A DNA stretch of 64,000 nt from Nemertoderma westbladi (GCA_032718475.1 JAUCBJ010001863.1:1-64000), one strand, 5' to 3'. Shown: positions 38,002 to 50,969, counted from the stretch's first letter. Program-made: numbers and translations. The notes: a model not told the origin generated them from the sequence alone.

Positions 38002-38109
38002 ATGTCAATAAAGGAAACTCTCCTACTCTTAGCTCTGGCAGCTCTTTTAGCTGTGGAGTGCAATGGAGACAACAACGAGGACTCCAACAAATTAGTTGAA
38101 AGAGACAAT
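38002..38109 (+). CDS. First coding exon of a putative secreted protein; downstream exons not identified
   Basis: acaATG, signal peptide MSIKETLLLLALAALLAVECNG, acidic DNNEDSNKLVERDN, then a perfect donor gtaagt (phase 0). Confidence 0.55.
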
Positions 38110-40228
38110 GTAAGTTTGTTCTCAAAGCAGATTTGTCATATGTTTAGCTTTACAACAATGTTTGTAAAACCACTCCCCTGGCTTCCCTCTATTTACCCCC
38201 TATTTGTCTCAGCCTACAACCCAGCCCTCTCTATATAAAGAAGAATGTATGAAGAATTAATTTTGTAAACTGTAAATATACTATAAAACTTCTGAACATG
38301 CACTTTTCTGAACGTCCAACTTTGGGACAGCCAAGCATCAGGAAGATGGCCGCCTAGACCGTTAGGCCGTCAGCAACGCAGGGAAAAGATGTCCACAACA
38401 CGCTAGCGCCCACATTAGATTAGACCGCGCTCCCCCTTCGCCCTTCGAAATACTCCACTTGCCATGCAGCGCCCGCTTTATGAGGAAGGTAAGACTTTGT
38501 TTGACGCCCTTGGCCGACGTAAGACCTATAGATCAGGGTAAGCGTGACGCCGTCCTGGATTTAGGATGAAATAACTATGTTCTAGGCAGAACCCCCTTGT
38601 CAGTATTACGAATCCCTGGGTTACCTGTATACCTCATAGGTGCGAGCTATTGCTGTCCGTCAGTACACGAGTACATATTAGGTACAGACAGCATACGTTC
38701 CATAATTTAGTGATTCGCAGTACTGACCGTTTGGCACCGGTTCGCTTTGTAGAACATACATTAGTACCCCCCCCCCCCCCCCCCCCCTGCCTGAAGTTAG
38801 TTATTTGATCAGGCAAGGAGCATTTCTGCTACCGGCACACCGCTTGGCCTAGGGAGGTTTTATTAATATCCTACCGCGCCTTGCCACGTACTGATAGGTA
38901 TTTGCTGTTAACTACCGCAGCAACAAAGTTCTAGAATCAAATTTGTATACCAGATCAGCTAACGTACGGTAGCAATTAATCCCTATTTCTTATCTTACAA
39001 CCAGAATCTGGTATTTGTGCCGATCACGGGTGTAGTTACTAACACCGTGGTTGCCCAGTTGAGTTGTGGATAGGAAGGAGAGAGCTTTGACGTCATTTGT
39101 AAGTATAAAGTTCTACAAAACGCGACTAGCTTATTTTAGTAGCTAGCGCACGGTATTGTTTCGGTCAGAGAATTACTAAAACCTAGTAAAAAATGATATA
39201 CACCAAAATTGTTTTATTGTAACACACCCACACACACACGCCCTAAAACATATTTACCCTTAGAGTTATACTAGATAGCGCACTTTAGATCACTTTAGGC
39301 AGAGTATATCTATAACTTACCATTCGTATTTGTAAAATTCGGATCAGATATTTAGTTACGGCAAGGGAGTGTGGGGCGAGACACGTATGGCGAGCCATCA
39401 GCGAACTGATATAATTATACTATGGCCGTTTCTCAAAAGTCTGTGTGTGACGTGTGTGTGTGTGTGTGTGTGTGTCGGTAGCCATAAATGTCGGAAGCCA
39501 TAATCGAAGTTAATATCTTCAGCTAAATTGTACGATTGAATCGAATTATTTCGATTCTTCTATCGGTAATTAATTATTTAGGGGGGTAACATTTATCCCA
39601 TCCCCATCTGGTATAAAATTAACATGGGTAGATTCGCCGTGTCCCATTCTATCAAAGTCTTTACTTTATACTCGAGATTAATGTCAAGTTTTATAGTTAT
39701 TTATTGATTTACAATTAAAATTGCATTTTTATCAATTAATTCACACGCAGGCTCTAACCGCCTAATGACAGTCAATACGGAGTAATTCCTTCCCGTGTCT
39801 TAGCAACGCTGCGAATGTCCTGAGGCCTGTTAGAGGCAGACTGCTGCTGGTTGGGGATGGTTGGGCATTAATTCCCTATCCATTCACTCACTCTCCATAG
39901 AACTGGCTGACTGGGGGTGTGTGTGTGTGTTTAGGTATCAGTTATTCAATGACATTAATATTATTACTAATGAAGGAATACTCAATAGTGCTCCTTCAAT
40001 ACATCTCAACAGACATCAATTCATTGCCTGTGCCTACCAACGCGTGCTCCATAACATAACAACATATATCCTTGGTTTCCATCACCTCTCACCACAATTA
40101 TTATTAGTAATTAAAAGTTTCAATTCGGTTTGTCGTTCCGTTATCTGGTTATTCAGTTATTGCATTATTAATAAATAAATGTTTTAAAATATATCTTACG
40201 AAATATGGTTAATAATTAAAACTTGTCG

Positions 40229-40625
40229 CTAACATTCTCACTATGGGGGTTTTAAGGAGTGCTGATTACATTTCTGATGTCAGTTTTCACGTTTACATAA
40301 ATCTAGTCTGTCTGTCTGTCGGTCATTCTGTCAGTCAGTCAGTCTGTCAAAACTTAAAAAAGAATACAAACTAACTAACATTCTCGTTATGGGGGTTTTA
40401 ATGGGTGCTAAGTTTATTTCAGATGTCAGTTTTCACGTTTAAAAAAAATCTAGTCTGTCTGGCTGTCGGTCTTTCTGTCAGTCAGTCTGTGAAAACTTAA
40501 GAAAGTATACTAACTAACCAACATTCTCGCTATGGGGGTTTAAGGGTTGCTGATTTCATTTCTGATGTCAGTTTACACGTTTACATAAATCTAGTCTGTC
40601 TGTCTGTCGGTCTCTCTGTCAGTCT
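40229..40625. repeat. ~145-bp tandem repeat, 3 copies
   Basis: aacattctc.ctatgggggttttaa...gatgtcagttttcacgtt...aaatctagtctgtctg recurs at ~40229, 40375 and 40518. Confidence 0.8.
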
Positions 40626-43600
40626 GAACTACTGTACTGTGGTTGGCATTACGCCATATACCTAACACTAATAATACAGTCTACAATACAGCCTATCTAC
40701 AGTACAGAATGGATTTTTTGCCACGAAGAGCAATAAATGTCATTAATACTATCCACCAGTATACCTACTCCAAGAGCCTTCCAATAAAACATGTATTCCA
40801 GCATGACGTCCACTGCACGTCTTCGTGCTGTCCATTGTGACGTGCAGTGGACGTCATAGGCTCTAAGGGGTTAAGTTAATTCTATGATATTCGCATTATT
40901 CATAAATCAAAGAAACTTATTTATTACATGTGAAAAAAGTTATACTTTTTACCATGTAATACGTGGAACTACTGGACATAACATATTAAAATGTATGGCG
41001 TAGGGACTTACTGAGAAATAATGTCGCACTGCAATGGAAAATATGTCGCCCTGGCGATTTGGTAACAGTGCGAAATTAATTCCATACAAATAAATAAAAA
41101 ACCTTAAATTATTTTATTCGAATTTCAACAACTTTATCTCCGGATTGACTCCGAATTAATATGCCCGGAGCCGGAGCCAGTATAATGGGCCGGAGCTCCG
41201 GAGCCGGAGCTGTGTTGCATCCCTAATTAACACAATACTATCCACAGACTACTATTTTATTGAACGTTAATATTCTATAATATTATTTATTATTCTATAA
41301 AGTTATTCTACAGATACTAATTTCTGTGTTATTGTGTATATTGTTTAGGTATTTAGTATTTAGATTAAAATGCCCCATTATATTATGTAACATCAGCTGT
41401 TTTAAACGTGTTTGATAATTTATATATTTTATTCAATTATTACAAATAAATGGTTAGATATTCCGGTATAGTCTCTTTGGTTGTTGGAGGAATGTTACAC
41501 CGACCAAACTTATTGCAGTACATATTCATTCGCTGGCTCTATTTTTATATATTCGTTATGATTATATGTTTGTTATGAAATAATTGTACGTATGTTAAAA
41601 CAATGAAAAATACATTCACTATACCATGTTTATTTTATTGATGTACTTTTTATCCTTAAGTAAATTAAGTTAATATTAAAAATCGTAAACATGAAAAAAG
41701 ATTTATGTAAAGTTTTGTGTTACAAACATTAACTGTCACTGTTAACTTTTAGTAAGTTTGCTTTTTGCTCTCCTAACCCACTAAGTTAGATTAATGTTCT
41801 AACTGATATTGTTACAACAATTTGTGACAGAAACTCTTATTTGTCACAAAATATTAAATGTTTTAAGTAATTAATTAATTTTGTCTCTAGGTTAAGGAAA
41901 TTAATTTATATTTGCGAAATATATTATGACAATAATATTTAATGATTCGTTTTAAACTAATGCTGAAATCTTTGTTGATACATTTACCTATGAATGTTAT
42001 GACTTTTGGGTCGAGCCACTATCTGTTAGCTTTGGCATACACCTTAGTATTGTCCGTACTTCCATTTCTACTTCCGTTGTTTTAACGTTGTATCCTTGCG
42101 CTTCGAAGGTTAAGCTGTTCTCCATAGAAACCGATTTTATTTTTTGGATATAGCAATAATAAATAATAATAATTATTATTTTATTTAATTCAGCCAGGAA
42201 GGTAGAATTATCTAAAATGAAATAAAAGTGTAATTATAGGTGAGGAAAAAATATTAATTAAAGTAAATTACACTTAGTATATCAGTAATAAAGATTTTAA
42301 AAGTAGCAGATCTGCTTAAATGGCACAGTTGTTATATGTAATCTGTATTATTTTGGGACACGTAATGTAAGGGCTCTGGGACGGGCACATATATTTTTTA
42401 ACCTGTTACATAATAATATAATTTAATAACAAAACATATTAATTTCACAGTTTTTAATAAATGGTTGCGGTTCATAATTTATTATATTATTTTGGCTAAT
42501 AATTTTATAATTATTGTGGCCTCCACCAGCCCGGTTGCCCATTCTCAGCCAATTCTGGCTCAGCCACGGAGAATGGAGGTGAAACTGTCTCTGTTTCAAA
42601 TATATCAATAATTTATGGCTGAGTTAGTTTTCGTGCTGTGGTCCCTTTCTGGCACCCATCAAAATTATTTTTCTGTCTAAAATTGTCATAATTATGTCTC
42701 GCTAGAATAAATTAATTTGTAGTATATAGCGGTTTTTTTGGATGCTGATCACGATTATAGATCTCAAATATAACATTCGAGAAAATTTCTGGTTATTTTG
42801 AATGTGTCCCCTGGGGCAGGAAAAAAACAAGTAGTGCAAATATGATAATAAAAAGTTTTACTAAATTAGCCTGATTTTATGTCCTTATTGGTTTTTCCGT
42901 GTAGTTGACAAAATTTGATATAATTCACGTATCGTAGGACGTAGAGTAATATTAATTTCAATACGTGTCACTAAAATTCGTGTCACTAAAATACGTTTCA
43001 CTAAAATACGTGTCAATATCAATACGTGTCGCTAATTGGGTAACGTGTGCTTTATAACCCCCCCCCCCCCCCCCCCCCCCCCCAGGGGGGTAAATTAGCT
43101 CCAACGTCTCAAAACAAAAATGTATAATATGGTTGTTCATCCCACACTAAATGCAACTCCAATCAAATAATGTACCGCATTGGAGTAGCGAATGGCAACA
43201 TCGATTACCTTGAGAGAATTATTGCTTGGCAACACGGAGGGGTAATCAATACACGGTTAATGCCAATCTAATTAACGGCCGACTTATTCTCGGGTTGGTT
43301 GCATTAATATTAGCATGTTTGTCGATTTGTTTATTTTTTGTAATTATTTTCAAATTTAATCAAAATTATCGTTTTAACCGGTTTTTTTTATGTTGTATAT
43401 TTTTATTTATACAGTACGGCTCTACCTCGAGTGGGAATATTGAGTTACTTTATATAAATTTGCTAGTGTTAGACGTAGAATGAAATAAAATGTTTCTTCA
43501 TTATTAATTCGACGAACTATATTCTCTGAGTATGCCGAAATCTAGCCAACCTTGGTCGCCATGGTTACCAATAGACCACACGTGGTATTACCATAGAAAC

Positions 43601-44779
43601 GAGGCGCCACCACTGGCAATCCGAGAGAACACGACTGCAGGGGAAATGATGACAGATATCTACCGACACTCTGGCAACAATAATGTTCAATAATGTAACC
43701 CCGGATACTACAGCGGGGATATCGCTTGATATCCCTCCTATATTCCGGGCCGCCACCTCGGAATCATTCCGACCCCACTCCCGCTTCCCCCGTGTCTATC
43801 CGACCCCCGTAGTCAAGGCGACTGATCGCTCGGAATATATCCGGGTTGGTATGACAGCCCCTGATTCCGGTTCATTTAGGACTCCTCTTCGCTCCCTCGC
43901 TTTGGCACAGGAACCGTTCCAGAAACCCAATAACTGGCGATATTCAAACAGAGGCGTTAAAATATAATAGGATTTATTTGTATATTATTTGGTAATAAAG
44001 AATTTTAATTACCAATTAATTTGTTTAATTATATCAGCTGATTTTGAAAAGTGTAAATTTTGCTTTCGGAACTCCTCCGACGTTCTCAAAGATAAAAGAT
44101 ATTAGGTAATATTAGGCAGACAACTGATACTGATGTTGAAATATTTAAGGCAACACTTATGAGTTAAGGTGCACCTTAGCTAAGGTTGATTTATATGCAA
44201 CCGGCCCCTCCTGGTCTAACAGCAAGTTAAGTAAATAAAGTTAAGTTATTGCAACTATAACTTATTAATAATATTGTAAATATTAACCAAACATAAACCA
44301 ATAACCCATAACCATCACACATATAAACTGGTAACATATAGCAGAATAGGCAAGATTCAGTCTCTTCTAAATCTTATTGGAAATTCTAACTGCAAAATAA
44401 ATAATAAAAACGTTAAAGTAAATAATTTTATAGTAAAAAACGATATTTATTCAGGAACTACATTATTATTAATCAGGAACTTTTCACCCAAATATATCAT
44501 ATCGTTTATTTATTTTCAATATATAAATGTTATACGAAATACTTTAATCCAACCCTATAGCAGAATATTTCATAGAGATGGTTATGGAGGTCATTTGGAA
44601 TTTAGTGAAATAAAATTAAATGTTTCATATTAAATTTTTAACACATTGCGTTTCCTACCCGCGGTAACTGGTTTTACTCAGTAGAATAAAAATTAATTTT
44701 AGAATTAAATGTAAAAGTTAGTTTCCAACGCTACTCTTTTGAAATTACTTAGTAATTTTATATAAAACTTACAGTTTTA

Positions 44780-47700
44780 CTAAATCCAAATCTTCATTTC
44801 AACTCGAGAAGCCGGATTCCCTCTAGTAAAATGAACCCAATAAGGTCCTTTCGGCCACTCCGCACCATATTCTCCGTTCAAGTTACTAAACCCGCAGCCC
44901 CCGTACCACCACGACCCAGTACGATCTACGGCGCAGTTGCCGAAGACGTTTTCATCATTATCGCGGTCCTTGGTAGAGAATGGGAGACCGTTGGAATACT
45001 CCAATGAGTCACCAGCAGTACCATGGTAACCAGATACATGTAGGGTGTAATTAGTTGCAGCTGATCCGATAGAGAAGTTGTTGTATTCCGCGTATTTGTG
45101 TTCGTTGTTGTAAGTCGCCCACTCCCATATATCATCACTCTTCTTAAATCCCTTTCCAGTGAACCACAAATCAACTCTCAACTTCACCCCGCCTTCACTC
45201 AGCTTGTGGATCGCCTCCAACCCCAACCAAAAGTTGGTATTCGGGTCGCCAAATCCTTCAACATATTCATCCCAGTTTCGATAGAAGTCAACAGATCCAT
45301 CAACTCTTTGTTGAATCTTCAGCCCATCTTTCTGCTTTAATAGCCGAGGAGCCATTAGCTGATACAGTGTAATGGATGAATCATGTAACCAGTAAACGAA
45401 CTCTTTCAACTCTTTATTCTTAACTTCCAACTCTTTATTCTGTTGTTCCAACTCTTTATTCTGTTGTTCCAACTCTTTATTCTGTTGTTCCAACTCTTTA
45501 TTCTGTTGTTCCAACTCTTTATTCTGTTGTTCCAACTCTTTATTCTGTTGTTCCAACTCTTTATTCTGTTGTTCCAACTCTTTATTCTGTTGTTCCAACT
45601 CTTTATTCTGTTGTTCCAACTCTTTATTCTGTTGTTCCAACTCTTTATTCTGTTAGGAAATATTATTAATTGAAATTGTTTATTAAATTCTGTAAATCCT
45701 CTGCCCACATCTGATCAGTGGTTGGGTTGGAGTTCTCTAGGGAAATCATTAAACGGCGGCATTTCGACCCAACATTTAGAGCAATTAAATACTAACTATA
45801 TTACGTCGTTGCTAATAAAATAGCACATTATAGCGTTACGGCACGAGTGATTTTGTTTAGTGAAATAATAGAACGAGGGCCGTAAAAGATTTAATATGGT
45901 AATTATGAACAACAGCGAATCTAATTTTATTTATTTGTGGGAAATTATTTGTAGTTTTGCACTTAAACTTTCTAGAACAACCTAATAATGACGCGGTGAC
46001 ATACTGGATATACTGAAATACATAGTAAATATATGGCGTAGGGACATACTGAGAAATAATGTCGCACTGCGATATAAAGTTAGGAAATATGTCGCCCTGG
46101 CGATTTGGTAGTGCGAAATTAATTCCACACAAATAAATAAAAACATAATAATAAAACAGAAGGACTTCAACACGGCAAATAATTATGTTACAAATAATTA
46201 TGTTACAAATAATTACTGGTTAAGAAACTAACATCGTTCTTTAGCTCATTATTTACATCGACTTGGTTAGTTAGGTTTGTATTTATATCGTTTACTTGGT
46301 CACTCAACCGTGTAATATTCCCCTCCAATTCTGTATTCTGTTCTTCCAGCTCTGTAACCTGTTAGGAAATATTTTTATAAATTTTTATTAATTCAACTCG
46401 CTTACAATATCTATGAAATCGTATGAAGTTAAAATGTTACAAATAATTACTGGTTAAGAAACTAACATCGTTATTTAGCTCATCGAGTTGGTTAATTAGG
46501 TTTGTAAGTATATCTTTTACTTGGTCACTCAACCCATTGATATTTTCTTTCAACTCTGTATTCTGTTCTTCCAGCTCTGTAACCTGTTAGGAAATATTAT
46601 TATAACTTTTAAGAAATTGTCGCGCTCTCGTCACCGTAGTAATCATAATTGAGTGAGATAATGTCTGGGAGACCTCAGGTGACCAAAAAAGAAAGGGTAA
46701 CAACAGTTACGAGCTTTCATCCAACAGGGCTTCTCAAGCCATTCATCAAGCCCTGTCGGGTGAAAGCTCGTAACTGTTGTTACCCTTTCTTTTTTGGTCA
46801 CCAGAGGTCTCCCAAACATTATCTCAACTCAATTATTTTATAACTTTTACGAATTTATCTCAACTTGTCACCACTTACAATATCTATGAAATCGCATGAA
46901 ATTACATTTAAAATAATAATTTAAAATAACTAACAAACTTACATTAATGGCTCCACATTGTCCATCATTTGCCTGTAATAATAAATAAATTATAAATAGC
47001 TCTGCCGTACAATGTAAAAAGACCATAAGTCGCATTTTTTCCAAAATTCATTTTTCTGGTTAAGGTTGGTTGGAGCAGGTTAAGGCCGGATTTTCTAACC
47101 AAAACAATAAACAGTCACTTTACCAAATGAAGGAAAGGAGCAGGTTACAGAGGTTAGCCTTTCTAACCAAAACAATAAACGGTCACTTTAACAAATTAGG
47201 GAAAGGAGCAGGTTACAGAGGCGGGATTTTCTAATCAAAACAATAAACAATCTCTTAACTAATTGAGGGAAAGGAGCAGGTTACAGAGGCGGGATTTTCT
47301 AACCAAAACAATAAACGATCACTTAACTAATTGAGGGAAAGAAGCAGGTTACAGAGGCGAGATTTTCTAACCAAAACAATAAACGATAACATTACTAATT
47401 GAGAGAAAGGAGAAGGTTACAGAGGCGGGATTTCCTAACCAAAACAATAAACGATCTCTTAACTAATTGAGGGAAAGGAGCAGGTTACAGAGGCGGGATT
47501 TTCTAACCAAAACAATAAACGATCACTTAACTAATCGAGGGAAAGGAGCAGGTTACAGAGGCGGGATTTTCTAACCAAAACAATAAACGATCACTTAACT
47601 AATTGAGGGAAAGGAGCATGTTACAGAGGCGGGATTTTCTAACCAACGGTAACGGTATCAAATGGAAACGGTAACGGGGTATAACATGTATAAGTAGTTT

Positions 47701-48846
47701 TTTCGAGTACGTATGAGTTTATGAACTGATCTTTGCTGTTGGAAGTAGTGGTGCCGCTATCAGTAACACTACACAGACAGTAGTCATGATCTATTATAAA
47801 ACTGATAAATTATGTATGTGAAACTGAAAGGTATATCCACATTTTCCACAATCCAGTTTGGCCTATCAATTATTTAAAATTTATTAGCACAACCGGTCAG
47901 CCTGTAGGCCTACCAATACCGTATTCTAATGGTAAGGCTACACAGTAGGCCTACAGCAGTACCGGTGCCGGTACCGGTACTAAAATACCTAAAATACCTG
48001 CTTAATACCTACATCTGTACAAACAATACAGCAATAATACTGCAAAATAGTGCTCTATATACTAATACCGATACTGATAGCAGCCTGGGAGAACAGCAGT
48101 AGAGAAACCGGTAGCATGGAACCTAACGGTAAATTTCTGGAGGACATAAAAAGTAAAAAAAAAGGACATCATGAGTGATTTAAACGGATAATAAAAATTA
48201 TTGCGATAGAAAATGTTGAAAAATCCACCACATATTACAATATTACAAGAAAACTGATATGAGTTGGGGTACAATTGGTGTGGGGACAACAAATGTGGAC
48301 ATGGGAATAAGACGTGGCCAGGGAAACAGACGTGGACAGACGGATATCCAACGCGACATGGGGAGACCAAATGGTGGTGACAGGGATAAGTCTATACGGA
48401 CAACTAGACAACTAAAAAGGACAACTGGACAACCAATATGGATATCCGGACACATCAGACTGGGTGAGGCCATAATAATAGCAAACCAGTCTGCAATACT
48501 GGGACAAAAACCAAAATAAATGTGAACTGAATAACTAACAGACAGTTTGTGAGACAGTCAAACAGCTGTTGGCTACAGTCATGTATGCGTTGTCACTCTC
48601 TCTAGGATGCTAACCATTTAAATAAAATTTCTGTTTGTGGAATAATTCTGTGAGAAAAATTTTTTTTTGTTTTGATGAATAAATCTAACATCCTAAATAA
48701 AGGGTTTCTTTTTTCACGTGAGCAAATCATTAAATGAATAATTCAGATAACAACGCTAAATGAATACTTTATGCATTAAATAAACTTACCTGGAGTAGGA
48801 AAAGAGCTGACAGCAGAGGAAATAGTTTAAGACTTACGGGTAACAT
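44780..48846 (-). CDS. Secreted coiled-coil + FReD protein, copy B, ~399 aa; exons 48846-48790, 46972-46943, 46583-46467, 46358-46233, 45649-44780
   Basis: MLPVSLKLFPLLSALFLLQ|ANDGQCGAIN|VTELEEQ...ND|VTELEEQ...ND|NKE(LEQQNKE)10...FReD. All junctions can be GT-AG phase 0, and FReD motifs are intact. Confidence 0.85.
45406..45652 (-). repeat. 21-bp coding tandem repeat: 10 perfect units plus flanking partial/degenerate units, encoding LEQQNKE heptads
   Basis: (ttccaactctttattctgttg)n on the + strand; 45431-45640 is 210 nt. Confidence 0.95.
46612..46837 (-). mobile_element. Short palindromic Penelope-like insertion with a degenerate minimal hammerhead motif, in a FReD B intron
   Basis: 12-bp TSD ttataactttta (46600-46611 and 46838-46849) and ~85-bp inverted arms. 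The minus strand reads cTTGAGAA-gccctgttggat-GAAAGCTC. A related decayed copy lies at ~27567-27720. Confidence 0.55.
47065..47645. repeat. 68-bp tandem repeat, ~9 copies, in FReD B intron 1
   Basis: ggagcaggttacagaggcgggattttctaaccaaaacaataaacgatcacttaactaattgagggaaa recurs with a 68-nt period. Confidence 0.92.
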
Positions 48847-48928
48847 TTTTACAGTATTTGTAAATAACTTTGTAACTAAAGTTATGATATTTCTGATAGA
48901 GAATGGTTTTAATGCCTAAAACTCCTCC

Positions 48929-48936
48929 TATTTATA
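48929..48936 (-). promoter_or_regulatory. TATA box of FReD copy B
   Basis: TATAAATA on the minus strand, in the same context as 8329-8336. Confidence 0.55.
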
Positions 48937-49099
48937 CACTTTTGACAAAGGCAATTACTTATGCAATGAATAAAGTCTCATAAAGGCAATCAAAGGCGGC
49001 AAGTATTAAGACCTTTATAGAACAATTATTAGTAACTACCTTTAGTATAGATACCATTGTGTGTTAGTTATCACTTTAAATTACATTCTTATACAGAAA

Positions 49100-49995
49100 G
49101 ACTGCTGCCGCCTGGCTACCAGTTGCAGTTACAGACATAGACTGCGGGCTTCTGGATACCAGTTAAAGGCAGACTGCTCGCGCCTGGCTACCAGATACAT
49201 TCAGACTGCTGGCGCCTGGCTACCAGTTACAGGCAGACTGCTGTCGCCTGGCTACCAAATACAGACAAACTGCTGGCGCCTGGCTACCAGATACAGACAG
49301 ACTGCTGGCGCCTGGCTACCAGTTTCAGACAGACTGCGGGCGTCTGGATACCAGTTAAAGGCAGACTGCTGGCGCCTGGCTACCAGTTACAGGCAGACTG
49401 CTGGCGCCTGGCTACCAGTTACAGACAGACTGCGGCCGTCAGGATACCAGTTACAGGCAGACTTCTGCTTGCGTCTGCGTCTGGCTACCAGATACAGACA
49501 AACTGCTGGCGCCTGGCTACCAGTTACAGACAGACTGCTAGCGCCTGGCTACCAGTTACAGACAGACTGCGGCCGTCAGGATACCAGTTACAGGCAGACT
49601 CTGCTAGCGTCTGGCTACCAGTTACAGGCAGACTGCTGGCGCCTGGCTATGGCTACCAGTTACAGACAGACTGCGGCCGTCAGGATACCAATTACAGGCA
49701 GACTCTGCTAGCGTCTGGCCTGGCTACCAGTTACAGGCAGACTGCTGGCACCTGGCTATGGCTACCAGTTACAGACAGACTTAGGGTATCTGAATACCAG
49801 ATACAGGCAGACTGCTAGCGCCTGCCTCCCAGATACAGTGATACAGATAGACTGCTGGCGCCTGGCTACCAGTTACAGACAGAATGCGGGCGTCTGGATA
49901 CCAGTTAACAGGCAGACTGCTAGCGCTTGGCTACCATAGGCAACTGCTAACGCCTGGCGACCAGTTACAGACAGACTGCGGGCGCCTGGCGACCA
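49100..49995. repeat. 32-bp minisatellite, roughly 27 copies
   Basis: gactgctggcgcctggctaccagttacagaca and variants. Confidence 0.92.
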
Positions 49996-50094
49996 CTTAC
50001 ATACAGGTACTGTACGTCGCAGCGCAGTGGTTACATTGCGTTTCAGCAACTATCACGTTCGGCAAGAGTCGTAATTCGGAAATAAAGTTACGTT

Positions 50095-50545
50095 TCGGTA
50101 AAACAGAGCAAATTACACCAGTGTTGCGTGATCTTCATTGGCTGCCTATTCTGCGCCGTATTGATAATAAATTTGCACTTTTGACATATACAGTAAGTGT
50201 GCCTTAATACAGTAATATGGGTCGGGCCTATCTTACTGATCTCTTGCATCCACACTATCAACCACGCCCACTGCGCTCCAATGACCAGGGTCTCCCCATC
50301 ATCCCACGATTTAACCTAGAGAGCTACTGTAATCGATATTTCGCTGTAGCTGCGTCCAATATTTGGAATTATCTTCCACTCGGAGTCCGCCTTACGCCCA
50401 CTGTTGCGAGTTCTAAGTTTACATGTACTGTACAAAATTCAATATAATTATTGGGGTCACAATATTTCATGACCTCTCCTACTTTTTTATACTCTATCCA
50501 AATGTATCGGGGTCACAACTTTTACTTAAACACTTTTTTTTTATT
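50095..50545 (+). mobile_element. L2/CR1-group LINE 3' fragment; probable 3' UTR resumes at ~52930-53095
   Basis: EQITPVLRDLHWLPILRRI..K, YLTDLL..Y.PRPLRS and FAVAASNIWNYLP are typical L2 ORF2 C-terminal motifs. Confidence 0.82.
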
Positions 50546-50969
50546 TGACTTTTATTATTTAGGCAACGCCAAGGGCCGTTTGGGTTAAAATGACCCATTA
50601 TAGTTTTACTCATAATAATTGTGCAAAGTCGAATTATGTAAACACGTCAATTTTCCAAGTCAGGGCGATGCTTAATCAACATTGAAAATTCAATTCATCT
50701 GTTTGTATGTCTGATTGTATGTCGGTGCGTGTGTGTGTATGTGTAATTTGGAAACATGGAAATATTGTCCATGAACCATATTTCCTGTATGGAAGGAACG
50801 TCTTAATTAGGCCCTACAAACTGCAAAGTGTAGGCCTAGTCAGTGGTAATGTAGCGTTAGGTCCAAATCGGTCCTAATTCTCAATTAAATTATTCCTAAC
50901 TCTCGTTTAAGTTTTGGTTCCTTTCAACTCGTCTATGTAAGCTGTGTAAAGTGTAGGACTTAAAAGCTA

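Noticed and set aside
38164-40200. Two possible LTR-like segments (tgtaa...ttaca)
   Set aside because: No TSD or second copy is visible in the window, so the boundaries are unsupported.
40800-40875. 19-bp-arm hairpin as a terminator or miRNA
   Set aside because: It is followed by ggggttaa and is more simply the subterminal palindrome of a piggyBac-like end whose partner is not seen.
45406-45708. Alternative-frame repeat ORFs (SWNNRIK)n and (FQLFILL)n
   Set aside because: They are other frames of the 21-bp repeat. Only LEQQNKE is in frame with the FReD.
49061-49711. 216-aa ORF
   Set aside because: It is a translation of the 32-bp minisatellite. The unit is not a multiple of 3 and there is no ATG start.
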